Positions 1-13,799 of a stretch of 64,000 bases of DNA are shown piece after piece. The notes below the pieces were generated by a model. It was not told where the DNA came from and made no database searches. It worked only from the letters and a program-made list of their open reading frames with translations. The position numbers and the translations under genes are program-made. The stretch is from Octopus sinensis. Taxonomy: Eukaryota. The stretch covers positions 3,100,001-3,164,000 of the forward strand of contig NC_043007.1 in assembly GCF_006345805.1 (NCBI RefSeq), in the 5' to 3' direction. How positions within the stretch are numbered: the stretch's first letter is position 1; the number at the start of each line of letters is the position of its first letter.

Positions 1-1296
1 TGAAAACTTAATCAATATCGCTAATAACTATAATGTACATTTATATGACTAAAACTTCGTCTTTGAACTAATGTTCAAGTACATTAACATAGATATGGCT
101 AATACTAATATAAAGCAGATTACGACTACACTAAAAGACTTTCAGTGATTTTAGTCACCAGACTGTGCGAAAAATTGTAGACAGTGACGTAAAGAATGGT
201 AAAAGCATTAGGAAATGGTATTTGTTGCAGCCAATGTAGGTTTCCAATATATGCGACGCTAAGTGCTTGAGTGTTGTCGAAGACTGGCATTAGAAGTTCA
301 GAAGTTCTCCGTAGAATCAATTCGTTTTGGCATCGAACTGCAATCAAAGATTTCTCTCGCAGCCTTTAAAATTTGGCCCCTTTTGTGTATTTCATAATGC
401 CCATGCATTTCTCAATAGCAATAAATTATTATCAGTTCTACATATCTTTGTTTTTGACACTAATCGAATACTGTCCATAAGTGCAAATTATATATTTTCA
501 CCTCTATGTTATTAATTACATGTTATCTAAACAAACACAGTATCACACATAAACACACGTGCACGCCGGTGCCTGCGCACTCGCACACATGCACGCGTAA
601 ATACAAATATGCACACATCGACATACAGATGCCAAAACCATTGTGTACGAAATAAAATATAATAAAACAAAATAGCAAAGCAGTTATTAGTCGGAAAATT
701 CCAATAGGTAGTGATAGAAGAGCCGGCAAGTATTATTCACCAATTCAGATTTCTTTTTCTATCGGATATGGAAAAGGCTATAATAGAAATTATACTTTGC
801 AATGATCACACATTATGGAAAAACTGATATAAAAATACGCATGTCGCATAATTTTTATATTATCCTCTTTTATTTGAGATTCTTCTAAAGCTGTTTATTG
901 AAGAAAATCCTAACAATGGGCTTCAAAATTCTATATTCTGTATAATGGATTTTCCATACTCTGAATGCTGGTCTACATTTCGAAAACCTTCATTTCTTCA
1001 ACAATACAAACAATTCATTAACGAAATTCGAATCCATGTTCACGTGATCCTTTTTAATTCTTTTTTTTTTTGTTACATGACGCTTGGGGAATTGAACCAA
1101 CATGCGTATTTGCACACAGCATCGAATTCATGCGTTTTCGAGCATGTTGGCTTGTGTATTTTCACATTGCGACCATCATCAATTGTTTGAACGATTGGAT
1201 CTGTAAAACGTACCCGTGGATCAAGAACAGGCCTCTTCGTATAGTGTATATGTATGTGTGTGAGGGAAGGCGTCAAGATGGGGAGAGAGATGTAAA

Positions 1297-1336
1297 GATA
1301 GATAGAGAGAGAGACAGACAGACAGACAGATAGATG

Positions 1337-1434
<98 letters not shown>

Positions 1435-1460
1435 GTAGATAGATAGATAGATAGATAGAT

Positions 1461-1503
<43 letters not shown>

Positions 1504-1528
1504 TAGATAGATAGATAGATAGATAGAT

Positions 1529-1615
<87 letters not shown>

Positions 1616-1653
1616 TATAGATAGATATATAGATAGATAGACGTATAGATAGG

Positions 1654-1689
<36 letters not shown>

Positions 1690-1706
1690 CAGACAGATAA
1701 ATAGAT

Positions 1707-1743
<37 letters not shown>

Positions 1744-1747
1744 TGGG

Positions 1748-1802
<55 letters not shown>
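1297..1802. repeat. (GATA)n/(GACA)n microsatellite
   Basis: Directly visible tetranucleotide array; source of the IYLS/DR-repeat ORFs. Confidence 0.98.
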
Positions 1803-1920
1803 GTATAATGAATCCAAACACAGAAGAGCAAATAAGAAAAAACAATAAAGCGAGGATGTGGTACAAGCACTGTATTATCACAACGCTCAGAAAAGGAAGG
1901 AAAGAGGACTTAACGTTATA

Positions 1921-1963
<43 letters not shown>

Positions 1964-4281
1964 TACATAATACATATGTGTGTATGTGTTTGTGCGTGTG
2001 TGTTGTTCAATGTGTCATACTTGTACACTACTATAGACTGTAATTGCGGTAGTCTTCGTAAGAGGCCGGAACATCGTGTAAATGCTTCCTCACCGACTCG
2101 AAATAGTGGTCGAAGTCATTGTTGTTCTAACTGCTGAGCCCTAGGTCAAACCTGGTCAAGCTGTTCAAGCTGTCATTATGTCCCCATTTTATTTTAAATT
2201 ACATTCTAATCAGGCTCGTGTTATGATTGAGCGAATGTTTTTGAATGACATTTGTATCTGAGGGAGACTTGGCTGCGAAACCGAGAAGGCCCAGAGGCCG
2301 TTTAACAGCTCTCCCAGTGGAACAATGAAGCAATCGCAATTATAAAGGATAAAATAGGGAAAACGAAAGAAGAAGAAATGCTACAGCGATCATCTGTAAT
2401 ATTATCATTGGCCAAACTGAAGTACATTTTTGCTATATTATGGAGAGGATCAAAGGGATGACTTCAAGCTAATTATGGAATATTGCTTTTATGACACATA
2501 CTTTGAAGAAGTTATAGCATGTATTCTGCATCATACACACCCGCACTGATATTCAAACGCACACACACAAATGGAAAGCACATGTCTATGCGCTGATGTA
2601 TGTGTGCGTATATGTGTGGCTGTGTTTATATCTGCGTGCGTGAACGATTGTGAGTATGTCTTATGTCGTTGGAGAAGAGGTGTTGTTACCTATACGTTCA
2701 CATAACTTTGTGGTTCATGACATCAAGAGAGTATGGGTGATGAAGAGAATATATATACGGTGGATGGACTCTCGTTCGATCAACTAAAATTGATTCACTC
2801 TCAAAGGTTATAAGAAACGACACTTTTCCAAATGTTTCATGCGCTGGGATCAAGTACGAAGCCACCCACAGCGAAGAAGCGAACTGCTCGCGTGTGCGTT
2901 AATTTGTTCTTATATACAATAAAGGAGATCCCCTCTGATGCATATGGAAGATGAAAGACATTGCGGTATTAAAAATGAAGCCAGAAATCCTTTGAAGCTT
3001 TCAATTATTATTCTCCGCTTTCAAGATGTTGCGTTGGCAAAATGTTTAACCGAATGTCATCGGGTTCCTTGCATTCTGAGTTCAAATCGTAGACGTTACA
3101 TTTCATCATTTTGGGGTCGATAAAATAAGTATCACCTAGTGAAGTATCACCTGGAATTGATGTTATTGACTTACCCTTTCTTTCAAAATTGCTATCCTTG
3201 TCCCTAAATTTCAAATAATTATTATTTTCTACTTTAGTTTACGTCACCTCACATAAGTAACTTATAGAGATTTAACGGAGAGAATTGAATTTAAAGAACG
3301 GAGATTTACCATTTTCTTTCTATTTAACCGTGAAGAACTATCCTCCTCTTAGGGTTTTGTTGCTAATGAGAAAAGCATTAAATAGCGTAAAGACCACTAT
3401 CAGTTCATTTGGATATCTTGAGAGAATGTATCATAAGCTTCATTGAGTTGTTAATAGATCTTTCATTAGGATATATTTCGTTTTTCCACTCATACACAAA
3501 AATAATGCAGCAAAAAAGACCTCACCTATTCTATACATTTTAAAGAAAAGAATATCAATAACTATTTATCGATACCAAATAATTTTAAATAATGATGGAA
3601 AATGAAGCGTTTTCTACCAAGCTTAGACATTCAAGGACATTTTCCTCAATAATTGTTTACGTAGGTGGAGAAGATCGTTTCCTCAGTATATATAACTTGG
3701 AGCAAATATTTCCGTTCTGTCACTTATGGGCGTCTGACCGACCTTAATGAATTATTTTCACCATAGCTTCTGGTCAACGCAATCAGTGTGAATGAAAGTA
3801 AGAAGACAGAAGCAAAACGCAAACCTGTCAGATAAAATGTAATTTTTCTTGGTTGGTAAACTCCGTTTGTTGTTCGGTTTAACACCACTACGAGACATTG
3901 GGATTTCTTAGCAGTGTCTACTCTGTTGAAAATATTCGTGTACAATCCTTGTTCTGAATACACAGAAATAATCTTCTCTTTCTCCTGTCAGTTTCAATAG
4001 CCACGCCAAAAACTAAGAGTTCAAGGTAACATTAAAATGTCAACGAAACGATAAAATCGTTTGTTCTATAATGATTCTGTTTCTGTAGCGTTCACATCGT
4101 ACTGTCAAAAGGAGTAAAACAATACATCCCAGTTAAATATGTTTACTGCTTAAGTATCATTTCAGTTCCTTTTAATTAACGGCAGAATATATAAGAATAC
4201 AATTGCAAGGCGGAAGGTGTTTATAAGCCATTTAAGAAACACACAAAAACCGTTAGATTCACTTCGACATTTAAATTTAAA

Positions 4282-4332
4282 TTTGTCAAAATATTTTCGT
4301 CGCTTTGAGACCGCGACTTGTTCACTGACAAA
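4282..4332 (-). ncRNA. Minimal type I hammerhead ribozyme motif, G3:C8 variant (mirror copy)
   Basis: Reverse complement reads TTTGTCA GTGAACA A GTCGC ggtctcaaa GCGAC GAAA ATATT T TGACAAA, with a perfect 5-bp stem II. Confidence 0.68.
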
Positions 4333-4352
4333 ATTCCGTGCTGCATCACAAC

Positions 4353-4403
4353 TTTGTCAGTGAACAGGTCACGGTCTCAAAGCGACGAAAATATTTTGAC
4401 AAA
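4353..4403 (+). ncRNA. Minimal type I hammerhead ribozyme motif, G3:C8 core variant
   Basis: Stem I TTTGTCA(4353-4359)/TGACAAA(4397-4403); core GTGAACA(4360-4366) plus one extra G; stem II GTCAC/GCGAC (one mismatch); GAAA 4387-4390; palindromic stem III AATATT; triplet UUU. Confidence 0.65.
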
Positions 4404-4960
4404 TTTAAATTTAAATGCTGAAGTGAATCTAAAGGATTTTGGGTGTTTCTTAAATGACTTATAAACACCTTCCGCCCTTTTTTTTTTCGTTGTGGCACAC
4501 GATCTCAGATCAGGTCACTTGCTATGCAAGTACATCTCCGTAATAAAAAAGAATGGAAACAGTATGAAACTATGTTCTAAGGATAATTCGAGGGGAAAGC
4601 ATGACGATTACTATGATGGAATATAAAAATTGTTGAAGTATATCTTATAATATAGGTTAAAAATCCCTTGAACCGAAAAAAAGAGAAAACTGCCTGTGGT
4701 CTTCAAACACGCAACTTCTGTAAGCCAGGCAGTTGAGCTACGAATTACAATGAAGCAACTAAACGATTCTCAGCCATCCAAATGAAACTCTTAAATCTTG
4801 TCAGTGAAGCAGTTTGTTTATGTTGAGAAGATAAATGTAGAAGTATCGAGAAATATGTAACTATGTACTAACATCTTTTTAATATAAACATTGCATTTAT
4901 ATAAACATTGTATATAACATTTACATAACATTATATTTATATTAACATTTATATAATATC

Positions 4961-5008
<48 letters not shown>

Positions 5009-5194
5009 TATATATATATGTATGTATATATATGATAGCCTATCAATAACAACATGAGAAAAGGATAAAATACAGCAGGTTAAAGGATATCTTGAACAGA
5101 AAGCTTCTTGCGGGACTCGAAGCACTGACCTTTTGCAACCTAAAGATGTCATTAATAACGGTTTATTTACGTATTTCGTGATCTCTCTATATCT

Positions 5195-5410
5195 ATTTCT
5201 TTACTACCCACAAGGGGCTAAACACAGAGGGGACAAACAAGGACAGACAAAGCGATTAAGTCGATTCCATCGACCCAGTGCGTAACTGGTACTTAATTTA
5301 TCGACCCAGAAAGGATGAAAGACAAAGTCGACCTCGGCGGAATTTGAACTCAGACCGTACCGGCTGACGAAATACCGCTACGCATTTCGCCCGGCGTGCT
5401 CGCCGCCTTC
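5195..5410 (-). mobile_element. tRNA-derived SINE, family A (GGCGGCGAGC... head, ...AAAGAAATAG tail), full length with target-site duplication
   Basis: B-box-like GAGTTCAAATTCC on the minus strand; 22-bp duplication ATTTCGTGAT(C/A)TCTCTATATCT at 5173-5194 and 5411-5432; many copies in the window. Confidence 0.9.
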
Positions 5411-7254
5411 ATTTCGTGATATCTCTATATCTGTCTTCTGAACATCATTGCTTTAATAATGAATATGAAAAATCCTAAAGTCCTTTACTTGATGTGAACT
5501 TTTTAGAGAACTGTACTCCATCAGAATGTTTTTATTAAACAGAAATGGATTAATAATCTCAGAAGCTTACTTAAACCAAGCGAACTAGATTGAGCTATTA
5601 ACGTGGAACATGTAATGAGAGGCAAACATCTGACCGTTAGTTCAATACTCTGCCGATTTAATCAATTACGACAATGTACGTTTGACCATCGCCATTAATG
5701 TAATAGAGCGGCCACGCTAATTCCAATGGAAACCAAGTAATTATGGTTGTAGAAATATGGTTTCGTTTTATGTAGATACGAAGCTTGGTTTGTAATTAGA
5801 GGTGAATATCATTTATTGATCCAATTCTGGAGTAGTTCTGGTAATTATTATACTTGCTATGGGATGAGAAAGATCAAAGACGATCGAAAGTGATTTGACT
5901 TCGAAATGCGAGCAGTAAAATATTTAGTTTGATATTCTACATGTCCAGTCGAGCAAAAGACGAACCTTTACGTGGTCGCTTAGAAATAGCAGTCAAATGT
6001 CGTTCAATTCTTTGTTATATTATGTCTTACCGTTATAAAAACGAATGCCACATTCAAGATATTTATTTCCAGATAAACAAAAAATAAAACGAGATAATCA
6101 CGGCAGAAATGTCTTTGATCAGAGATCTATTTCATCACGACTGACGTGGGCTAATCAAAAGCAACATGTCTAGCTGTGAAAATAATCATTTATCACAGTT
6201 TTACGAGCTTTGTTCATTCAATATATAATAGATTAATGTAACCATCATCCCATCTAATTATTAATCAATTCCGATCTAAAGTAGACGTCTTTATTTCAGA
6301 AACTATTCATTTGTTTACATATAGCATGTTATTTGCTTCTTGTGTGTTTTCAGTGGTATCTATCGATGTCTTATTAATACGATTAACATCAGAAGGAGAA
6401 TTAATTTTAAAATGAAGCGACGTCCCCCGAATTCATACGCGACATAAATAAAGACAAATGGCGAAACGGAGGAGTCAAAAGCTGAAGGATGGCGACGTTG
6501 GCTCTGTTCTGCCGTTTTCGTCTTTGTTTCTTGTCATGAAGAAATAAATTATCGCTACCGATTGATTTAATTTAAGTCTCTTTTATTCTTGTTGAACGGA
6601 TTAATTAACATACGCTATCTATACTCTAATTAATTTAAAACAGGTTCCTGTCACGTATACAAGATGTTAACTCCTTAAATGATTAAGTTGTAATATCCTC
6701 TCTGATTAAGTTAAGACCTTTGCTCCCCCTGCAGCTGACATCTTAATTAATTTTAAAACTACCGATATTCTGAGCGGTAACCAATAATAAGTGGGGAAAA
6801 TTCAAATTTTGTTCTTCTCTATTGACATTTTCAATGAAATGTTATCTTTATCTGTTTTAGACAAAAGTATTTTTTCAGAGGAACAATTGCTTTCTGCGCT
6901 TCCAGCGTAAAACAGAAGAAAATTCTTTCGATTCGACATTTTATATTTGATAATATATGCTCTGTTTTATGTTTTCTTTTAACAACAAACGTATATTTCG
7001 TCACTTTCTTTTTAAATATATCGTCGCTTTGCCTGTGATATTAATGTGGTTCGTTTTGGAAATTCTATATGAACTTAATCGATGAAAGAAATACTAAAAT
7101 TTAAAACTTAGATATGTCATTTAAAATTCACCAAGAGGTAAGATAAAAGAAATAAAAGAACAATTATGAAGATGAAGATTGCTTATGAAGAAAAGTGTGA
7201 CCGTCTTAACGGTGAATACTTCTTTAAATCGGCCGCCATAGAATATATACGTTT

Positions 7255-7477
7255 CTGTATATACACATAAATACATACATGCACATACACACACATATAC
7301 ATACATGCACACCCATACACACATATACGCAAATATATACAAACGTGTGTATGTGTATATGTGTGTATATATATGTATGTATATACATACATAAAATTAT
7401 ATATACATATATATGTATATGTATGTATCTATATATATATATATATTATATATATATATATATTGATAGATAGATAC

Positions 7478-7515
<38 letters not shown>

Positions 7516-7518
7516 ATG

Positions 7519-7597
<79 letters not shown>
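7255..7597. repeat. Compound (TA)n/(CA)n/(TG)n microsatellite
   Basis: Directly visible. Confidence 0.95.
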
Positions 7598-7699
7598 GAA
7601 GCATGAAATCTCATAATCTTATCATCATCCGATTTCATTTCTCCAAAATTTCAGGGTAAAGAACACAATCAAAATCCCATTTATAAACCAGCTTTTCGG

Positions 7700-9110
7700 G
7701 GTCAGAGAAGAATTTGAAAATGTTTACGCTGAGCCACATGCCATAAATCAAAAGTTAGATTATCTTGATAGCAAATCTGCAAATGTCAAAGCAAAAAAAA
7801 AGTCTGCAATTTTCTTGTCGGTTCTGAAAGCATCGCATGCATAAAGGATATGAAATTTCTTCAATCGATAATTGAATCGAATTATACCGTCTTTCTTTCG
7901 ACGAAAACCGGATTTTCAGAATAAATTTATTGAAAGAAAGGAAGTTATAAAAATTGTGAGTGGAATAGTTGAACCAGAAAAATATTCAACGAGGCAAGGT
8001 AATATCTGTGATAAAGTCTATAATGAAGAAATGGAAAAGGAAGGTGGGAATGATGCGTTTGCATTTGTGGTAGGCGATATGAGCCGAGTGTTCAGTTTAT
8101 AGAGAGGAAGCAAATAGAAGTATAGAAGTAGGCATCTTATTCACTGCAGAAAACCAAGCCATTCTATAAATACATAGTGATAAATATCTTGAACATTTTA
8201 TATTCAGTATAATATTGAAAGAGAATGCCTTCAAGGATTGTTTATTGCTCAAGAAAATAAGCTTGTGTTGTCATTTAAAGCTGTCAAGGAATTATCTGCT
8301 GGGTGGTATTGTTTCAAGAACTCTGAAATTGAAGCTGTGTCAGTCTAACGCTCGAAAGCAACCAAAACATTGGAAGGGTTAAAATATGCTGCAATTACCG
8401 TTCTTTTAGCAGTCGTAAAATAAGGCGTGGGTCATTCAGGGATTGTTCGTTTAGTGAAGCACATGCATTTTGGTACTGCAGCATACAGCTTCTCCATTGA
8501 TAATTATTTGTCACTTAAAGCTATTCTTGTGTTAGACACCATTCCTAGCCATCCTCCAAAATCGTGATGAAATTCAAAAGGAGATTCACGTTAACGTAGA
8601 TCGCGTGACTTCCAGGCACAACTCCTATTAAGCAACTGATGTACCGAAGCCTAACAAGAACTTGACGAAATCCTATATGAACCTTATCGCTCTGTCAGAC
8701 ACGCATTCTTCTATATCTGTAAAATTTTATATGCGGCTATTTACCGTTTAGTTTGTCGTTCATTTAATGATGACGCAACGACAAGGGTTTCTCCAAAGTG
8801 CTTTCGTGTAGTTTTGAAGGACGTTCTACACAAAGGAAGAAACGATTTGGAAAGATTTGGACCGGCCGAGGCGACCGATATAATTATTGTAAAAAAAATT
8901 TCAAAGCTTGCAGAGAACGTTGGATTGAACCTGGTAAGGAAAGGTGATGTCTTGGAATTGATTCTTGATACCAGAATGAAAAGTAAAATGACTTTCTCCT
9001 GAAAAATAAGCAGATTTCGTAGAACTGAATACAAATAGGAGAAAGAGACTGACATGCAGCTGAAACGGAATGCATTGGGAAGATGGTAAAAAGCCAGCCC
9101 TTTCAAACGT
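7700..9110 (+). mobile_element. Decayed pogo/Tigger-like (DDE_1) transposase remnant
   Basis: Frameshifted peptides LKAILVLDTIPSHP (cf. KVLLILDNAPGHP), LPGTTPIKQLM (cf. LPPNTTSLIQPMD) and KLAENVGLNLVRKGDVLELIL (cf. Tigger C-terminal region). Confidence 0.6.
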
Positions 9111-9564
9111 TTACTCGCTGATGCTGGCAATGATTTAAAACTGTTGGGATGTCATGGCTGGAAGGGATGACGCTCTGTAAATAGGACTGTAAATTTGCAT
9201 ACTATTATGAAATTTGTAACGAGACAAAAAGAACTGTTAGCAACTCTTTCTCCTGATACTAAGAAGATTCCTGGAACTGAGCGTGGATTGTCATTGATGC
9301 CTGACCTAGAACCAAAGCGTCAGTGGCTCCAGTACTGTTTTTGAATGCTACCAATAGAGAGTGTATGATTCAATAAAAAATTGTTTCATCAAACTCGGCT
9401 CCGAATCATTTTGTAAATCGCTTACAGCAACCCTGGCTCCTGTGGGCTTTCTAAATCATGCTCTTTATCTGTATTGGTTTATTCAGTTATTTAGTTTGTA
9501 TATCAAAATATCAAAAAGAAAATTCTATTAGAAAATGTTTATGCTGATATGCATTTGTTAAGTA

Positions 9565-9609
9565 CACACACACACGTGTATGTATGTATATACATATATA
9601 TACATATAT

Positions 9610-9655
<46 letters not shown>

Positions 9656-9845
9656 ATATATGTATATATATACATATATATATATATATTATATATGTAC
9701 GTATTTATTACAGATAATACATATATACACAGTAGATATGTATATATTTATATGTATATATATATAATATATATATATATATATAATATATATATATATA
9801 TGTATATATATATACATATATATAACACATATATATATATACATA

Positions 9846-9878
<33 letters not shown>

Positions 9879-9881
9879 ACG

Positions 9882-9974
<93 letters not shown>

Positions 9975-10050
9975 CATAATACATACATGCATGCATACAT
10001 ACGTACACAATCATGCCTGCATATATACACATGCATATGTAAACACACTC
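9565..10050. repeat. Long (TA)n-dominated microsatellite
   Basis: Directly visible. Confidence 0.97.
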
Positions 10051-11219
10051 ACTCAACGCATGCACAAACATATTTATATTTGCTGTACAAACAGTAAGAA
10101 GAGTCCTAAATTCTTGTAGTAATTGATTATTTTTATTCGTTGAAAATTGATGATTCCTTTCGTTGTATCTGCGAGTTCCTGGCTTTGTGGCTCTCTGCGT
10201 CCATTCATGCGACAGAGAATGCGAATGAGGGAAGAGGAAATTGAATGGACATTATCAACAAATGCATTAAGACGGCATAAAATTTCTATGGGTTGTAAAT
10301 ATTAAAACAGAAATGTCTGGGAACGCATACCATTAATAAAACTTTGATAATAAATATTGCAAAGGAATGTATTTATGAGTTCTAGTTAGTTTCCACCAAT
10401 GAATGTTAGAAGGCATAATGGCACACTTTATTTAACGGATCAATATTTATTTATCTCGTACAAGTGTAATAAATAAAGTCATTTATTTCCATTTTCCTGT
10501 ACATTCGTTAAACTATTGATTAGTCCCTCTGGTCTCAAGAGAATGCCTATCCAAGCCGTATCGTTAAAATTGCTAATATCGTGGCAAAGAATCACTCGAC
10601 GATTTTACTGTCTTTTACGATTTTACGATATAGGGCAGCGGAAGCTGTGCAAATGCATATGGCTCTACTAGTAATGTATATTTAATATGATGAGGAAATA
10701 TTCGAACGTAAGTCAGAGAGGAAAGCAAATGAAAATTATGTTACTTTCTGACTCACCCTCGTGTTTCTTAAAGGATAAATCCACCACTCTTTATACGGTG
10801 TTAAGATGGATAAACAGTTCGTCACCGTTTCTTACCCGCACAAGGATTAGCATTTCATCTGATATATTTCTGAAGTGAACTTGACATGCACTTTGAAAAA
10901 GTTGCATTTCCTCCCAGTCGATTTGCTTTAGATATATCCTATAGAGACGGGGTATATTTTTGAGACCTTGTTACCCAGTTGATTATGGAATTCCCGTAGT
11001 GCCATGGCAATTGCTCAAAATTGGTTATATAATATGAAGCTGTGATTAACGGTTAAAAATCTTCTGGAATGACATGGGGTTGGGCATTGAATATTCTATT
11101 GCTAGCGCCAACAGCAAACGTTATTACATTATTCCTTCTCTTGAACAGTATTTCCATTTCCTTATCAATATCAATCCTTGATATTTTTGAAAACTGAGAT
11201 ATATTGGTTTAATATTCTC

Positions 11220-11760
11220 CCATATTTGCGGGACAGCTGCAGCGAACCGGGATACTCGTCTTTTGCAAGCGTGGCTGCTACACGCCATCACGTTCCGGCC
11301 AAGTCGGTTGGCAAACTCAGGTCATCTTAAAAGCTCGAGCGACAGAAAAGCTACTCGTGGTAGGACTGCAATGATCTGATATGTTCGGAACTGCACGCAG
11401 GCTATACTGTAGATATTTTCACGCACGTCAGAGAGGATAGGGAAATATTGCCGGCTCGAGAGGATGGGGAAACCATTGATTCATCTCCTGTAATAGTGAA
11501 AGGGGCCAACAACTGAGGGTGTGAACGATGAATTTCTTGTCAGCGTAGGTTATCAGTCCATGTCGATCACATTCTTGCACTTGTATACATCATCCTTTGA
11601 ACGGTGTGTTAAAGCCTCAGAACTGATTGACGAGTCCGCAGGTTGTACGGCGATGTTCTAAGTCGGTGTTTGCGCGGTCCATGACGGCCCTGCCGAGATG
11701 ACGGAAACTGACCACTTAGAGAGAGTAAAAGTCGAGACACATTTTGAAAGAGGGGGCAGT
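11220..11760 (+). mobile_element. Decayed L1/Tx1-type LINE AP-endonuclease remnant
   Basis: Locally GC-rich; frameshifted motifs VAxYTP, LLVVGD(C)N and DHILA resemble the AVYAP, GDWN and LDRIL motifs. Confidence 0.45.
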
Positions 11761-12433
11761 TGATTAAATCTCGTCCATTTCTTATCTGATATAATTTTCT
11801 GACCTCGGAAGGATAAAGTTGATCCTTCACGTCGGTACAAGGTTATCAACATGGAGAGGGCGGATAGTCGATATAACACAAGCCACTACTTTCGTAGTAC
11901 TATATTTTGTCAACCCCAAAACGATACAAAATTCGACTTCGGTGAGGTTTGAATTTAGAACAGGAAAGGCCGGGATTAAAGACTGTTTGGAATTTTGTCT
12001 ACTAACCTGACAAAGCTTTACAATACATTGCAACAGAAGTAGACGAACACTGCCGTATTTAATTTGTAGTAATAATATGACAGGTGCCGTATCCTGTGAT
12101 TGTGTCACTCAAGAGATATGAATTTAATCCATCGTTTCTTAATATAAGAAATAAGTACCTGTATTACTTACAATCATTGTTATCTAATCCCAATAGAAAT
12201 AATGGTAAACACACTTTATTATTTTTATATTTATTACACACGTGTGATATGCTTTCAATGATTATCTTTGTAGTTTCCTCACAAAACCTATTAAATTAGT
12301 ATAGTTAATTCAAACTATCATTATTCAAATGAACAATATTCATAATTAATTGATAATTTCAGCTTTGGGATTATTTTCCTTCCACGAATCAAACTGAGAT
12401 ACAATATCTAGCTACATTACAAATTATATAATG

Positions 12434-12642
<209 letters not shown>

Positions 12643-12720
12643 AGTAGGGAATATAATTCCAAAACTTACAGGGAAAAATTCAATTTAACAATTTTAAATT
12701 AAATTTCCCAATATATAATA

Positions 12721-12961
12721 TATGTGTATAATTTAAAGAAAAACCACTATTAAGCAATTCAATAAAGAAAGATGTTATTCACACCATATAGAAAACGTAT
12801 ACTATACAAATAGTAAACAGTAGTCATTTTATTTATTATTTATTATACTTTATTGACTTAAAATAAGGATGCTTTTATAGTATATGTTTTCTATATGGTG
12901 TGAATAACATCTTTCTTTATTGAATTGTTTAATGGTGGTTTTTCTCTAAATTATATACATA
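12721..12961. repeat. Inverted duplication of an AT-rich repeat end; a related sequence occurs at about 63145-63255
   Basis: 12721-12806 is the near reverse complement of 12876-12961; CTTACAGGGAAAAAT and AAAACCACTATTAA recur at 63 kb. Confidence 0.75.
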
Positions 12962-13015
12962 CACACACATATATATATATATGTGTGTGTGTGTTTGTGC
13001 GTGTGTGTGCGTGCG

Positions 13016-13053
<38 letters not shown>

Positions 13054-13152
13054 CATGTATGTATGTATGTTTGTATATATGTATGTATGTATGTGTGCAT
13101 GCATGCATATCTGCTTCGGGATCCTACTATCCTTCATTCCAATGTGTGTGTA

Positions 13153-13482
13153 GGTGCAATGGCCCAGTGGTTAGGGCAGTGGTCTCGCGGTCGGAGGATC
13201 GCTGTTTCGATTCTCAGACCGGGCATCATGAGTGTTTATTGAGCGAAAACACTTAAAGCACCACGAGGCTCCGGCAGGTGGTAGTGTACTTTTTCACTCT
13301 CTCTTTCTTCCTGTTTCTGTTGTACCTGTATTTTAAAGGGGCCCTTTAAAATACAGGTACAACAGAAACAGGAAGAAAGAGTGAGTGAAAAAGTACACTA
13401 CCACCTGCCGGAGCCTCGTGGTGCTTTAAGTGTTTTCGCTCAATAAACACTCATGATGCCCGGTCTGAGAATCGAAACAGCG
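13153..13482 (+). mobile_element. tRNA-derived SINE, family C 5' part, folded back on itself
   Basis: Head GGTGCAATGGCCCAGTGGTTAGGGCAG...GTTTCGATTCTC; arms 13200-13340 and 13342-13482 match at 140 of 141 nt. Confidence 0.9.
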
Positions 13483-13548
13483 TATTAACATCTTAGTGTC
13501 TTAAAACTTTTTCAACCCGATAACATAGAGAAAGGTTTTTGCCTCCCA

Positions 13549-13757
<209 letters not shown>

Positions 13758-13799
13758 TAACTTCCTGTTTTATATTTTACTTGTTTTAATTATTAGACT

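Larger units (their letters stand above)
4209..4476. mobile_element. Foldback (inverted) duplication of a short hammerhead-bearing repeat, probably a Penelope-like element terminus
   Basis: Arms 4209-4332 and 4353-4476 are near-exact reverse complements with a 20-nt spacer; each arm carries a hammerhead-like fold. Confidence 0.8.

Noticed and set aside
126-515. Short ORFs in unique sequence at the window start
   Set aside because: No recognisable domain or convincing splice-site pair.
1073-1881. Long ORFs (202-265 aa) of IYLS repeats, and similar ORFs at 9.6, 27.2, 31, 36.4, 39.9, 50.2 and 52.9 kb
   Set aside because: They are translations of (GATA)n, (TA)n and (CA)n microsatellites, which lack stop codons in some frames.
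3724-3963. GPCR TM3-like peptide FASVFLLSFTLIALTRSY
   Set aside because: Only one hydrophobic segment, no DRY motif, no neighbouring helices; likely chance.
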